Shown here: positions 41,479 to 50,748 of the stretch, one piece after another
How positions within the stretch are numbered: position 1 is the stretch's first letter
Layout of the letters: each line of letters starts with the position of its first letter
Assembly (NCBI GenBank): GCA_963666305.1
Contig: OY762722.1
Coordinates: 5,378,903-5,442,902, forward strand
Reading direction: 5' to 3'
DNA from: Candidatus Poribacteria bacterium
Lineage (GTDB): Bacteria > Poribacteria > WGA-4E > WGA-3G
DNA: 64,000 nt
Position numbers and translations under genes: made by a program
The notes under the pieces: generated by a model
Seen by the model: the letters and a program-made list of their open reading frames with translations, nothing else
Databases searched by the model: none
What the model was told of the DNA's origin: nothing

Positions 41479-42945
41479 ATGGAGTCGTATCAAGTCAGAG
41501 AAAAAATGGTTGCCGATAAATTGCGACCGAAATACCACTTTTTACCGCCATACGGTCGTTGGAATGACATCAATGGTGCAATCTTCTTCAACCGTAGATA
41601 CCACCTCGGCTACCTACAAAAAATCAGAAATGGTCCCGATGAGAGAGACTTTTCGAGTTGGCAACACATTTCGAGTCGGGATCTGTTGCATTGGACGTAT
41701 CATACTGCGTACCTTGACGAACCACTCGAAGGGAAGAAAGGCGATTATTTCAATAGCGGTGACATCATGGATGGGATGGAAATTCCGACGATTATCACCA
41801 ACATGCCCAGAAGAGGAATCTGTATTTATCAATGCCACGATGCCGATCTCTCACACTGGACACCATTGGCAGAAAATCCAGTGATTCCAATCGATACGGA
41901 CAAATTCCCTGAATGCGTGATCTTCGATCCAAGTGGCTGGAAAGAGGGTGACACCTATTACGCCCTAATCGGCAATAAAAACCATCGTCTCGGCTACGAA
42001 GGCGATTCGACAAGCCTGTTTAAGTCGAAAGACCTCAAGCAGTGGAGTTACATCGGTCCCTTCTATAAATCCTCGCGCAGATGGACAGCAGAGGTTGAAG
42101 ATTGCGCCTGTTCTGACTTCTTCCGCTTTGGGGAGAAATGGATGCTGCTGATGCACACTCATCATCCCTTTAACAAGTGCCAGTATTACATTGGACACTA
42201 TGAAAATGAGACCTTCTATCCCGAAATTAACGGACAACTTAGCCATCGCGGCAGTATACTCTCCGGTCCCGAAACCCTCATTGATGATAAGGGCAGACGC
42301 CTTTTTTGGGGATGGATCGGCGATGCCCGCGACGCAGACCCATATGGCTGGCAGAGCATTATGACGCTGCCGTGGCACATGAAACCAACATCGGATAACC
42401 ATCTGAATATCGAACCGGCTTCAGAATTACAATCCTTGAGATACAATCCATTTCAAGTCGGAGATCTGTTTTTAGAAGCGGGGCAAGAGATCACTGTTGA
42501 CGGGCTTGCTTCGGATTGTATGGAATTGAAACTGACGATAGAACCACATTCCGCGGAGCGATTTGGGTTAAAACTGTTCTGTTCGCCAGATCTTGGGGAA
42601 GAGACGGTGATTCGTTACGATGCGAAACAGCAAGCTTTTGTTGTCGATTTTGAAAATGCGAGTACCGACAAAACGCTTTCATACCGGTGTGGACGTGAGG
42701 TGCTGGAATCTGGACGGTTCAAGCAAACCGTGCCCTTCGCACTCGGAAACGACCAAGCACTTGAACTTGATATTTTCGTTGACAGATCGGTAATTGAAAT
42801 TTTTGTCAACGCTGAGGTGTGCATTGTCCAGCGGGTCTATCCGATGCGTCCCGACAGCAGAGAGGTGCGACTTTTTTGCGAAGATGGGCGGATTGCAGTT
42901 AGAAATATCATCAAATGGGAGATGGACGCAACCAATCCTTGGTAA
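41479..42945 (+). CDS. glycoside hydrolase family 32 (beta-fructofuranosidase/levanase-like)
   Basis: RPKYHFLPPYGRWNDINGAIFFNRRYHLGYLQ corresponds to the GH32 WMNDPNG block, followed by beta-propeller and C-terminal beta-sandwich layout. The start is uncertain (41431, 41479 or 41506). Confidence 0.75.
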   Translation: MESYQVREKMVADKLRPKYHFLPPYGRWNDINGAIFFNRRYHLGYLQKIRNGPDERDFSSWQHISSRDLLHWTYHTAYLDEPLEGKKGDYFNSGDIMDGMEIPTIITNMPRRGICIYQCHDADLSHWTPLAENPVIPIDTDKFPECVIFDPSGWKEGDTYYALIGNKNHRLGYEGDSTSLFKSKDLKQWSYIGPFYKSSRRWTAEVEDCACSDFFRFGEKWMLLMHTHHPFNKCQYYIGHYENETFYPEINGQLSHRGSILSGPETLIDDKGRRLFWGWIGDARDADPYGWQSIMTLPWHMKPTSDNHLNIEPASELQSLRYNPFQVGDLFLEAGQEITVDGLASDCMELKLTIEPHSAERFGLKLFCSPDLGEETVIRYDAKQQAFVVDFENASTDKTLSYRCGREVLESGRFKQTVPFALGNDQALELDIFVDRSVIEIFVNAEVCIVQRVYPMRPDSREVRLFCEDGRIAVRNIIKWEMDATNPW

Positions 42946-42971
42946 ATTTGTGGCTACAACGCCCTATCGTC

Positions 42972-43733
42972 TCATGCGGATTTAACTGCTGCCACTTTAA
43001 CGCTCGCCACCTCCACCGGACCCATTTTCGCATAGGCTGACTTACTGAGAACCCGAATGTCTTCAAATCCAGCTTGGCGAATCGAACCTAAATACTGGTC
43101 CTCAGGCAACGCACCTGAAATACAACTTACCCATGTGCTTACCGCAGTCCTCACCCACCCGGGCATATTGTTAGTGACCATATCGGATACCACCAATTTA
43201 CCGCCCGGTTTGAGGACTCGGAACGCTTCTTCAAAAACCTTATTCTTATCCGGCGACAAACAGATCACGCAATTGGAAATGATCCAATCCACACTTCCAT
43301 CTCCAACCGGCATGGATTCGATCTCACCCAAACGGAAATCGACATTTTTCGCACCTGCCTCCTCGGCATTCTGTCGCGCTTTCTCGATCATCTCAGAGGT
43401 CATGTCAATACCGATCGCGCTGCCGCTTTCACCGACAAGCTGCGATGCGAGTAACACATCAATCCCGGCACCAGATCCGAGATCGACCACAACGTCACCC
43501 TCTTGAACGTCTGTATATTCCAGCGGATTCCCGCACCCAAAGGAGTGTTCAGCGGCATCGGTGGGGATACTGGAAATCTGTGCTTCGGTATAGCCATTCT
43601 TTTCCGCGGAACTATTCGTATCGGTGTCCGGACAGCAAGTGACTGATGAGCAGCAGGATTCATCGATTTTTACCAAATCGGCATAGTGCTGGCGAACGGA
43701 TTCCTTAATCTGTTTTACATCCTGAGACTTCAT
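42972..43733 (-). CDS. arsM: arsenite S-adenosylmethyltransferase-like methyltransferase
   Basis: VVDLGSGAGIDV motif I. Cys-rich N-terminus CCSSVTCC, CGNPL and SNCVICLSPDK resemble ArsM. ATG 43733 with a GGGGGA RBS. Confidence 0.7.
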   Translation of the reverse strand: MKSQDVKQIKESVRQHYADLVKIDESCCSSVTCCPDTDTNSSAEKNGYTEAQISSIPTDAAEHSFGCGNPLEYTDVQEGDVVVDLGSGAGIDVLLASQLVGESGSAIGIDMTSEMIEKARQNAEEAGAKNVDFRLGEIESMPVGDGSVDWIISNCVICLSPDKNKVFEEAFRVLKPGGKLVVSDMVTNNMPGWVRTAVSTWVSCISGALPEDQYLGSIRQAGFEDIRVLSKSAYAKMGPVEVASVKVAAVKSA

Positions 43734-43891
43734 AATTTCCCCCAAGGTGAGGTGTTGTTCTTTTTCTTCGATGCGACCAACGCATGGTATTCGCAGAATT
43801 TACCGCAGGAATAGGTAAATCATAACTGGTAACCTACAGACCCAGCGGGCCGATATGTGTGTAGAAGGTCTGTGCCACTTGCCCCAATGTG

Positions 43892-44782
43892 CTATAGTAT
43901 CCGCCCTTTGGGTATCTGCGAGTTCGGATACCATCGAGAATCGGAAGACGGTGCGGGTTCGGGAGGCTGCAGGGAAGCAAACGCAGTCAACTTCGGTCGG
44001 ATCTCGTCTTCCCAAATCCCTTCGACATCATCAAACGTCAGTGGCGTGTGATTCGAGACTTCCGCTTTATATGCCGATAGCAACTCCCGCGTCTTTTCAC
44101 CAAAATGTGCCGCGATATCCGTCACCATCTGTTCCCCAACTTGACGACTGGAGGACTCGTTGAAATCCCCCATTGCGAAATCAGGTGCGCGTGTGTCATC
44201 CGTCGGCATCCGCGACATATCCACGCAATCCGGTGCCACCGCCCAGAGCACTGATGTTTCACCACGTCCAGCGTGTCCACCCAGTCCTTTGCCATCCTCG
44301 AAACGCTCGATATCCGCCCCGATACTCATCGTCGAATACATCCGAACGCCAACGTGTGCCTGCATAATCTCAATCACTACTGGCACGTCCAACCGATGGG
44401 GACCGGAATGCCCCGAAAACAGAATCGCACCGTGAAAACCCAACGCATCCACCGCTCGAATGTGATAGCAGATATTCTTCAAAAACATCCAAGGCGGTAT
44501 TGCTGTCAGCCACGGTCGCTCTTGGTCGACTTGCTTGTGTCCCCATGCGCCGTAACCACCAATCTCATGGCAGTGCCAGTAAAACGGCGGTGCGACAATC
44601 CCGCCGTGTGTTTGTGCCGCCTGGCACGAGCATTCATGTGCCCGAATAGCGTCCATTCCCACTGCGTTATGCCAACCGTGCGGTTCGCACAACCCATAAG
44701 GTAGATATACCATTGGACACGCCTCGAGTGCCACCTCTAACTCATCTGGAAACATCCGTTCCCACCGCACTTCATGTCTCAT
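43892..44782 (-). CDS. creatininase-family amidohydrolase
   Basis: VYLPYGLCEPHGWHNAVGMD and FSGHSGPH metal-binding blocks. Start at MRHEVRW (44782). Confidence 0.65.
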   Translation of the reverse strand: MRHEVRWERMFPDELEVALEACPMVYLPYGLCEPHGWHNAVGMDAIRAHECSCQAAQTHGGIVAPPFYWHCHEIGGYGAWGHKQVDQERPWLTAIPPWMFLKNICYHIRAVDALGFHGAILFSGHSGPHRLDVPVVIEIMQAHVGVRMYSTMSIGADIERFEDGKGLGGHAGRGETSVLWAVAPDCVDMSRMPTDDTRAPDFAMGDFNESSSRQVGEQMVTDIAAHFGEKTRELLSAYKAEVSNHTPLTFDDVEGIWEDEIRPKLTAFASLQPPEPAPSSDSRWYPNSQIPKGRIL

Positions 44783-44959
44783 ACAATATCCCTTTCCTTC
44801 ATTTGTGAAACTCTCTTCAATCAAACCTAAAATGCCTTTGCACAAATCTTTTGAATATGTGATAATGTCAAGAGTTTAACAGATTTTTAGACTTGATGTC
44901 CACTCATTTTTATTGCGATCAGTAGTTTTCCGAACCGATAGATTCTGGAGGGAATCCCG

Positions 44960-45769
44960 ATGATGCGTTTAACATTCATCGCGTTCAGTATCCTGTGCTG
45001 CCTTGCCATGCTTGTGAAACACAGCACTGCTGAAATCGACCCAACAACCGCCGTTGGCGTGTGGCTCTTTAATGAGACAGATGGTGACACGGCATCCGAC
45101 TCCTCTGAAAACGGCAACGATGGCGCACTGGTGGGTGACCCGAGCTGGGTCCCCGATGGCAAATTTGGCAATGCCCTGGAATTGGATGGTGCTGGTGATT
45201 ATGTCAGCGTCCCGGACCATGAAACTTTAGATACCGAAATCAGTGAGACATTCTCAATCGTCATCTGGGTTACAGGCACCTACAGACCCAACGATTGGCA
45301 CGGGTTAGTGACAAAAGCACAGGGATGGCGAGTCGATATGTGTTACCTGTTGCAACGGGCTGCTAATGGCAAATTCGAGTTTGCTCTTTTTGGAGAAGGA
45401 GGTAACGACAGCTGGACAGCATCCAACATCCTTCCAGAAGATGACACATGGTATCATGTGGGTGCTGTCTATACCGGTGAAGAGGCACAGGTTTACGTTG
45501 ACGGCGTGCTTTCTGCCACGCGTGTCTTTTCTGCGGAGATTGCCGACACAAATGCTCCCGTGGTTATTGGAACCAATTACCCAGGCGGCATTCAGCCAGT
45601 AGATGGTCTTATCGATGAGGCTGCGATTTTTAGCGTTGCTCTGGAAGAAGAAGATATCAACGCCATCATGAACGACGGCTTGGAAGAGACACTCGGTATA
45701 CTGGCTGTCGAACCTTCAGACAAATTGGCTTTGACTTGGGGTGACTTAAAAGTCGGTAACGATAAATAG
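44960..45769 (+). CDS. secreted LamG/concanavalin-A-like lectin-domain protein
   Basis: Signal peptide MMRLTFIAFSILCCLAMLV. NALELDGAGDYVSVP and WYHVGAVYTGEEAQVYVDGV are typical of Laminin_G_3. Confidence 0.8.
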   Translation: MMRLTFIAFSILCCLAMLVKHSTAEIDPTTAVGVWLFNETDGDTASDSSENGNDGALVGDPSWVPDGKFGNALELDGAGDYVSVPDHETLDTEISETFSIVIWVTGTYRPNDWHGLVTKAQGWRVDMCYLLQRAANGKFEFALFGEGGNDSWTASNILPEDDTWYHVGAVYTGEEAQVYVDGVLSATRVFSAEIADTNAPVVIGTNYPGGIQPVDGLIDEAAIFSVALEEEDINAIMNDGLEETLGILAVEPSDKLALTWGDLKVGNDK

Positions 45770-45779
45770 TGCTCCAGCT

Positions 45780-45960
45780 GAGTTAATGACGGATCCGTCG
45801 ATATACTCTGGTGCGACCTAAAGATGTCTATGCTATCACCGATTATTCGTAGATTTCGCGCTGGAACGGTCAGTCAATGTACCCAAGCTTAAAGACTTGG
45901 GCTTGTTAAAAAACAAGCCTATCGGTCTACCGATAAGTTTCTCGTTTCACAGAGGTTGGC
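45780..45960 (-). ncRNA. TnpB-associated omega/reRNA candidate (3' end of tnpB and downstream)
   Basis: Three consecutive hairpins on the minus strand: TATCGG/CCGATA (45920-45935, spanning the stop codon), GGCTTGTT/AACAAGCC (45900-45919) and CCCAAG/CTTGGG (45882-45901). The extent is inferred from known TnpB biology. Confidence 0.45.
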
Positions 45961-47118
45961 AACCCAACGCTCTCCACGATGGGCGCAAGCCGCCCTGAGA
46001 AGTATGTTTATCGCAGCATTGTGGTCTCGGTCTAACGAAGTGCCACAAGACTGACAATCAAAGGTTCGTATCGCAAGAGAGAGTTTCCTTTGCGATTTCT
46101 CACCACAAGCCGAGCACGTTTGCGAGGTATTCTTAGGATCAACTTGGTGGAAGTGCAAGCCGTCTCTTTCGGCTATGCTCGCACACCACTCAAAGAATGT
46201 CCCCCAAGACGCATCGGCAATGCTTTTGCTGAGGAGTTTGTTCTTTACCATGTTAGATACGCGTAAGTCCTCTGCCACTAAGACATTGTTTTCCTGATGG
46301 TGGTAGAGTTTATAGACGAGTTTGCCGATAAAGTCTTTGCGTTTGTTAGTAGTGCGTTCATGGTGTAAGGCGGTTGCATGCACGGCTTCCCGCCAGCGAT
46401 TGCTCCCTTTTTTCCGGCGCGCCAGGGTCTGATTGTGTTTATGGAGCAAGCCTTCTGCTTTGCGATACCAGCGCGGGTTGTCCTCTGTTTCACCTTCAGA
46501 GGTGGTGAGATAGTGGGTCGTGCCAACGTCAACTGCAACAGCGGCAGTCGGTTCAACTTTCGGCGTATCGGGTATCTCACAGGAGATATGGGCATACCAA
46601 CCTGAGGCTTTCTTGACGATCGTGACTTCTTTCGGGTCACCTTGTAAGGGGCGGTGCATGCGTATCTTGACTTCGCCTAACTTTGGCACTTTTAAGCGGT
46701 TGTGCCTAAAATCGGTGGCTATGATCGGATTTTGGCGGACACGTTGACCTGTTTTGAGGGTGTGCTTTCGCAAGCACCACGTCAGAGAACGGACACGCAT
46801 TTTGAAGCGAGGATACCCTTTTTTTTCAGCACCCTCCTCACAACGTCTACGGAACGCATCAAAGGCTTTGTCAACACGTTTGAGGATAGAAACTTGAAAG
46901 TCTTGAGGCACTTCACGGAAATCGTCATATTTCTCACGAGCAACTTTCAAAAGCTGTTCTTGGTCATATCGCGAAACAAAACGTCCTTCTGCTTCGTGCG
47001 CAAACTTGCGATTGTTACGCGCAGAATTCTGGAGTTCACACAAGTGGGCAAACCACTCTAAGAGTGTTCTTTCTTCTTCCGGCGTTGGATAAATAGGATA
47101 TTTAAATGTTATTCTCAT
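45919..47118 (-). CDS. tnpB: TnpB (IS605 OrfB-family RNA-guided endonuclease)
   Basis: 399 aa. N-terminal MRITFKYPIYPTPEEERTL, RuvC D (VAVDVGTTHY), E (LVAEDLRVSNM), zinc finger CSACG...CQSCG and DRDHNAAINI. Confidence 0.9.
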   Translation of the reverse strand: MRITFKYPIYPTPEEERTLLEWFAHLCELQNSARNNRKFAHEAEGRFVSRYDQEQLLKVAREKYDDFREVPQDFQVSILKRVDKAFDAFRRRCEEGAEKKGYPRFKMRVRSLTWCLRKHTLKTGQRVRQNPIIATDFRHNRLKVPKLGEVKIRMHRPLQGDPKEVTIVKKASGWYAHISCEIPDTPKVEPTAAVAVDVGTTHYLTTSEGETEDNPRWYRKAEGLLHKHNQTLARRKKGSNRWREAVHATALHHERTTNKRKDFIGKLVYKLYHHQENNVLVAEDLRVSNMVKNKLLSKSIADASWGTFFEWCASIAERDGLHFHQVDPKNTSQTCSACGEKSQRKLSLAIRTFDCQSCGTSLDRDHNAAINILLRAACAHRGERWVANLCETRNLSVDR

Positions 47119-47218
47119 GGTATATCAAGTATCAAGCATTTATCCCCTAACGAGTGGGAGGCAAGCACGTCACCCAAGCGGTGACGCTCGTTATGCTGGT
47201 TTCCAACTTGATACTCTA

Positions 47219-47247
47219 ACTATACTACAATTCGGACCGAATGTCAA
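47219..47247 (-). promoter_or_regulatory. sigma-70-type promoter of tnpB
   Basis: Minus strand reads TTGACA (47247-47242), 17-nt spacer, TATAGT (47224-47219). The ~90-nt leader contains the nested hairpin AACGAG..GTCACC-CAAGC-GGTGAC..CTCGTT (47150-47193). Confidence 0.65.
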
Positions 47248-47326
47248 ATATATTTTCGCGCTCTGGTCCTTTCCAATCCGTGACATCAGGTGATAGCATA
47301 TAATCCAAGATTCAGTCAAAAGACTT

Positions 47327-49069
47327 TTACGCTCGTTTTTCACCGGGTTTTCGTCGATGCTTTGATGCATAACTATCCCCTTCTGGATCGTAGGAAACGG
47401 ACACCTGCCCATCTTCCACAACCAGTCTCGGTACAGTTCGGTGGCGACCATCGCGTTCAGGTCCCCGCATTACGGCGAATTGTTCCTCGGTCATATCTTC
47501 AACCATATTGCCCCACCGTTCTTGCGGATCAATCACACCGCCGCCCCAATTGACATTTTTTGACTGGTACTTAATCAGGACCCCGCGTCTGGGGACAGAA
47601 TTCTTCCACGCTAAAGCCCCGTGTGTGCAACCACCGTCCATAAAGAACAGCACATCGCCAGCCTTCATAGTGGGTTGTACCACTAAACCCATGGTATCAT
47701 CACACGTCCGAATGCCGGAAGGCATGGAGTACTGGGTCTTGTGAGAGCCCGGCACACACGCAAAACCACCGAGTCCCGGCTCGACATCACGCAATTGCCA
47801 TGTAATCGTGACGGTCTCCGCATAACTCCGCCCGTTCTTAAAATAATAACCGCGTGATGGGGTCATCGGTGCGTTGCCATCATGGAGCGAGTGCCCCGAT
47901 GTTCCTTTAACCGCGCAGAATACGGTCGCGCCACCCGTGCGATAGCCGCTACCGCCCATCCAATTCAGTCGCTGCACCACGGTAGGGTGCGTAATCATGC
48001 GCCGAAATGGGGCGTTATAGGGTGCTGGAAGGTCTAACAAGCCCGGCAGGAGCGGTCGTCCTGTGCCAGCCTGACTTATCGACCCGCGAGCGAGTTCCTC
48101 ACCTACGACGATACGATCTTGGAATTTATCCACCGCTTCATTTGCCTCTGCCAACCACTGCTCATCCATCACGCCGCGCACCACCAGATATCCGTTCAGA
48201 TCCCAAAAGTAAAATTCTTTCTCATCAATGCCTGAGTTCGGGTCGCGAGTATAAATTGATGGGTGAATGACGGATGGGTCTTCTTCCACCCATGTATCTT
48301 CGCCATCTGTATTGATCACCGGTGGTGGACTTGAACCCTTATACCCGGGGACGTACAAGACCGCCTTTTGCGCAGGTGTTGCTTCGTCCGCCCATCCGGG
48401 TAAAGATTCGGTCTCTGAGTAAGGTCCATGTGGATTGGACTGCACTGCTGCACGCGCCGCATACCAATAGGACAACAACCTTTTCGGATCGCTTTTCCAC
48501 GGTCGAACCCCTTGGAGCGTAGGTACCGCGACCAAGAATAGATCGCCTGCCTTGAGTTCCGGTTGTACCACTATCCCCATATCATCAGTGCCGGTCGCCA
48601 ATTCGTGAGGCGTTTCGACATTGCTCTTGTGGCTTGCTTGGACAACAACCAGTCCACCATCCCCTTCTTCAACATCGTCCAACACCCAGATCGCTCTCAC
48701 GCCCTGACAACTCCGTCGACCGTTTTGTTGGCGATATGCCAAGGACGGGTTTCTCGGTTCGTCGCCGCCGCCGAGTGTTGAACCGACTTCACCCTCTCGA
48801 TTTCCTAACAATTGAGGTGCCTGATCAAGTCGGAAACCGTGTCCAATGATCTGATTCAAATACCACACCAATTTCGGATGTATCAGTAGGTCCCGGAACA
48901 ATTCGCGGTGAGAACTCTCTCCGCCTAACAGTGCCTCACTCTCTCCAACGACATCTAATGCCGCGTTGAGTACTGCTATCTCTTCTTGATTGAGGACACC
49001 CGGAACGTGTAGGTAGCCTGCTACATCGAAAGCATAATTCTCTTCGTTACTCATGACTTCGTTGTCCAT
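47327..49069 (-). CDS. tandem double PhyH-domain dioxygenase-like protein
   Basis: 580 aa. Two PhyH-type N-terminal signatures, NYAFDVAGYLHVPGVLNQEEI and EFYFWDLNGYLVVRGVMDEQW, each followed by a jelly-roll region. Confidence 0.75.
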   Translation of the reverse strand: MDNEVMSNEENYAFDVAGYLHVPGVLNQEEIAVLNAALDVVGESEALLGGESSHRELFRDLLIHPKLVWYLNQIIGHGFRLDQAPQLLGNREGEVGSTLGGGDEPRNPSLAYRQQNGRRSCQGVRAIWVLDDVEEGDGGLVVVQASHKSNVETPHELATGTDDMGIVVQPELKAGDLFLVAVPTLQGVRPWKSDPKRLLSYWYAARAAVQSNPHGPYSETESLPGWADEATPAQKAVLYVPGYKGSSPPPVINTDGEDTWVEEDPSVIHPSIYTRDPNSGIDEKEFYFWDLNGYLVVRGVMDEQWLAEANEAVDKFQDRIVVGEELARGSISQAGTGRPLLPGLLDLPAPYNAPFRRMITHPTVVQRLNWMGGSGYRTGGATVFCAVKGTSGHSLHDGNAPMTPSRGYYFKNGRSYAETVTITWQLRDVEPGLGGFACVPGSHKTQYSMPSGIRTCDDTMGLVVQPTMKAGDVLFFMDGGCTHGALAWKNSVPRRGVLIKYQSKNVNWGGGVIDPQERWGNMVEDMTEEQFAVMRGPERDGRHRTVPRLVVEDGQVSVSYDPEGDSYASKHRRKPGEKRA

Positions 49070-49121
49070 TTATTCCTCCTGTTATCGGTGATAGACGCAA
49101 CTAATTTGTGTGAGCGTGTCG

Positions 49122-50546
49122 CTACAAGCACCACGCATACGGACCGGGACCTGTTCGGCAAACCATCTCGGCGATCTGCTGGCGCATCTGTGTGATGCGG
49201 TTCTGGTGTTCAGGGCGGTTGGCAACGTTTCGCATTTCGCCCGGGTCGGTTTTTAGGTCATACAGTTCATCAATATCGAAGCGGTTCCGAACATATTTCC
49301 AGTGATCGTCAATAATCATTACATGCGCTGCCAGTTCGTCTGGATTGTTGGCGTTGTGATAGATTGCATCGAGGCTGGCGATTTCAGCGAAGATCGGTTG
49401 ACGTTCCGGTTCTTGCCCGTTCAAAATCGCCTCTGCGACGGACCGTCCATCGATCGGCATCTCCGGAGCTTGATCCGCGAAACTCAGCAAAGTCGGCATC
49501 AGATCCACGCCCGCCAGAGGGGTCGTGACTCGAAAGCCAGACGGCAAATGGTCGGTCCATGAGAGCAGACACGGCACCCGAACCGAAGCCTCATACATCA
49601 AACACTTCTCGGTGTAACCGTGGTCGCCGAGCAACTCACCGTGGTCACTCATAAAGGCGACAACCGTATTTGTCCCTTCAAGCGCAGTCAGCAGGCGTCC
49701 GACTTGGGTGTCGATGTGCGTGATGAGGGCATAGTAGTAAGTCATCATTCGGCGGAATTCATCGTCAGTCACGGTTGAAGGGATGCGAAATTTTCCTCGC
49801 TCCTGAAATTCGGGTTTCCCATCAAGCGGGTCACGCAGCGAGGAGGGTAATGGCATATCTTCTTCACGATAACGTCCCGGTAGGTCCGGCGGCACCAAGA
49901 CAAGAGGGTGTGGATCTTTGATACTCGCAAATAGGAAGAAGGGATCATCACCTTGTTGCTGAACAAATTCGAGAGAACGGTCGATTGTCCAAGTTGTGCG
50001 TTGTTGTCGAGGATCTGTGATCGTGCCGAATGCCAAAATATTTCCGTACTGCGTCATCCCCGGTGCCCCTGAGCGATAGAGGTTTTCAACGCCTTCCGTA
50101 TGAAAATAATCAAAGAGCGGGTCTGGATAGTCCCCGAGATAACGGTAGGTACACCAGAAATCAGAAAATCCGTGTTGTGGGCGATGGTCATCCCCCAAAT
50201 GCCACGGTCCGACGATACCACACCGATAGCCAGCACGTTTGAGCATATCCCCAATAGTGATGCGATCGTGAGGCAGGAAACCACCGAACTCGCCCATTCT
50301 TTTGGGTCCATAATTCCGCAGCTGTGAATGGGCATGCGGATAGAGTCCAGTCAACCAACTTGCGCGGGCAGGTGAGCAAACCGGCGATGCACAATAAGCG
50401 TTTTCAAAGCAGACGCCGCTTGCCGCCAACCGATCCAGATGAGGCGTTTGAACGATCGAACTACCAGCAAACCCGGCAGCGTCCCACCGCATCTGATCAC
50501 ACATAATGAGTACGATATTCGGTCGAGAGGTCATTGTGCTACCCAT
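49122..50546 (-). CDS. sulfatase (formylglycine-dependent, type I), no signal peptide
   Basis: PNIVLIMCDQMR and the CSPARASWLTGLYPH (C-x-P-x-R) signature. Confidence 0.9.
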   Translation of the reverse strand: MGSTMTSRPNIVLIMCDQMRWDAAGFAGSSIVQTPHLDRLAASGVCFENAYCASPVCSPARASWLTGLYPHAHSQLRNYGPKRMGEFGGFLPHDRITIGDMLKRAGYRCGIVGPWHLGDDHRPQHGFSDFWCTYRYLGDYPDPLFDYFHTEGVENLYRSGAPGMTQYGNILAFGTITDPRQQRTTWTIDRSLEFVQQQGDDPFFLFASIKDPHPLVLVPPDLPGRYREEDMPLPSSLRDPLDGKPEFQERGKFRIPSTVTDDEFRRMMTYYYALITHIDTQVGRLLTALEGTNTVVAFMSDHGELLGDHGYTEKCLMYEASVRVPCLLSWTDHLPSGFRVTTPLAGVDLMPTLLSFADQAPEMPIDGRSVAEAILNGQEPERQPIFAEIASLDAIYHNANNPDELAAHVMIIDDHWKYVRNRFDIDELYDLKTDPGEMRNVANRPEHQNRITQMRQQIAEMVCRTGPGPYAWCL

Positions 50547-50658
50547 ATTTTAATGTTCCCTTGCGGAGTGATGAACGGCGTTTGAACAGTTGCGTGCGTT
50601 CCCTCTATCCGCCCTCCACTCCGTTACGGGCTTACGGTTACGAAAGTTATTTAGGACG

Positions 50659-50748
50659 GCAGCTTGCAACAACGGCGCAAGCGGATATACGGAGAGACAC
50701 TTCATTTATCAAACTGAACTAACCGAACCGCAAGGAAAAATTAAAATA
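50659..50748 (+). repeat. ~88-nt leader motif, copy B (not followed by a plus-strand ORF)
   Basis: Hairpin GCTTGC(50662-50667)/GCAAGC(50677-50682) is compensatory relative to copy A. Ends in CCGCAAGGAAAAATTAAAATAT. Confidence 0.65.

Larger units (their letters stand above)
45780..47260 (-). mobile_element. TnpB-only IS200/IS605-family (IS1341-like) element, boundaries approximate
   Basis: tnpB with its own promoter, a 5' nested hairpin and a 3' hairpin cluster, filling the intergenic gap 45770-47326. No tnpA. Confidence 0.6.

Noticed and set aside
45881-45902. Possible link between the dispersed CACCCAAGC-containing motif and the TnpB end hairpins (ACCCAAGC at 45881 and 47171).
   Set aside because: Only 8-9 nt are shared and the surrounding sequence and structure differ. 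This is insufficient to call the dispersed motifs solo IS ends.
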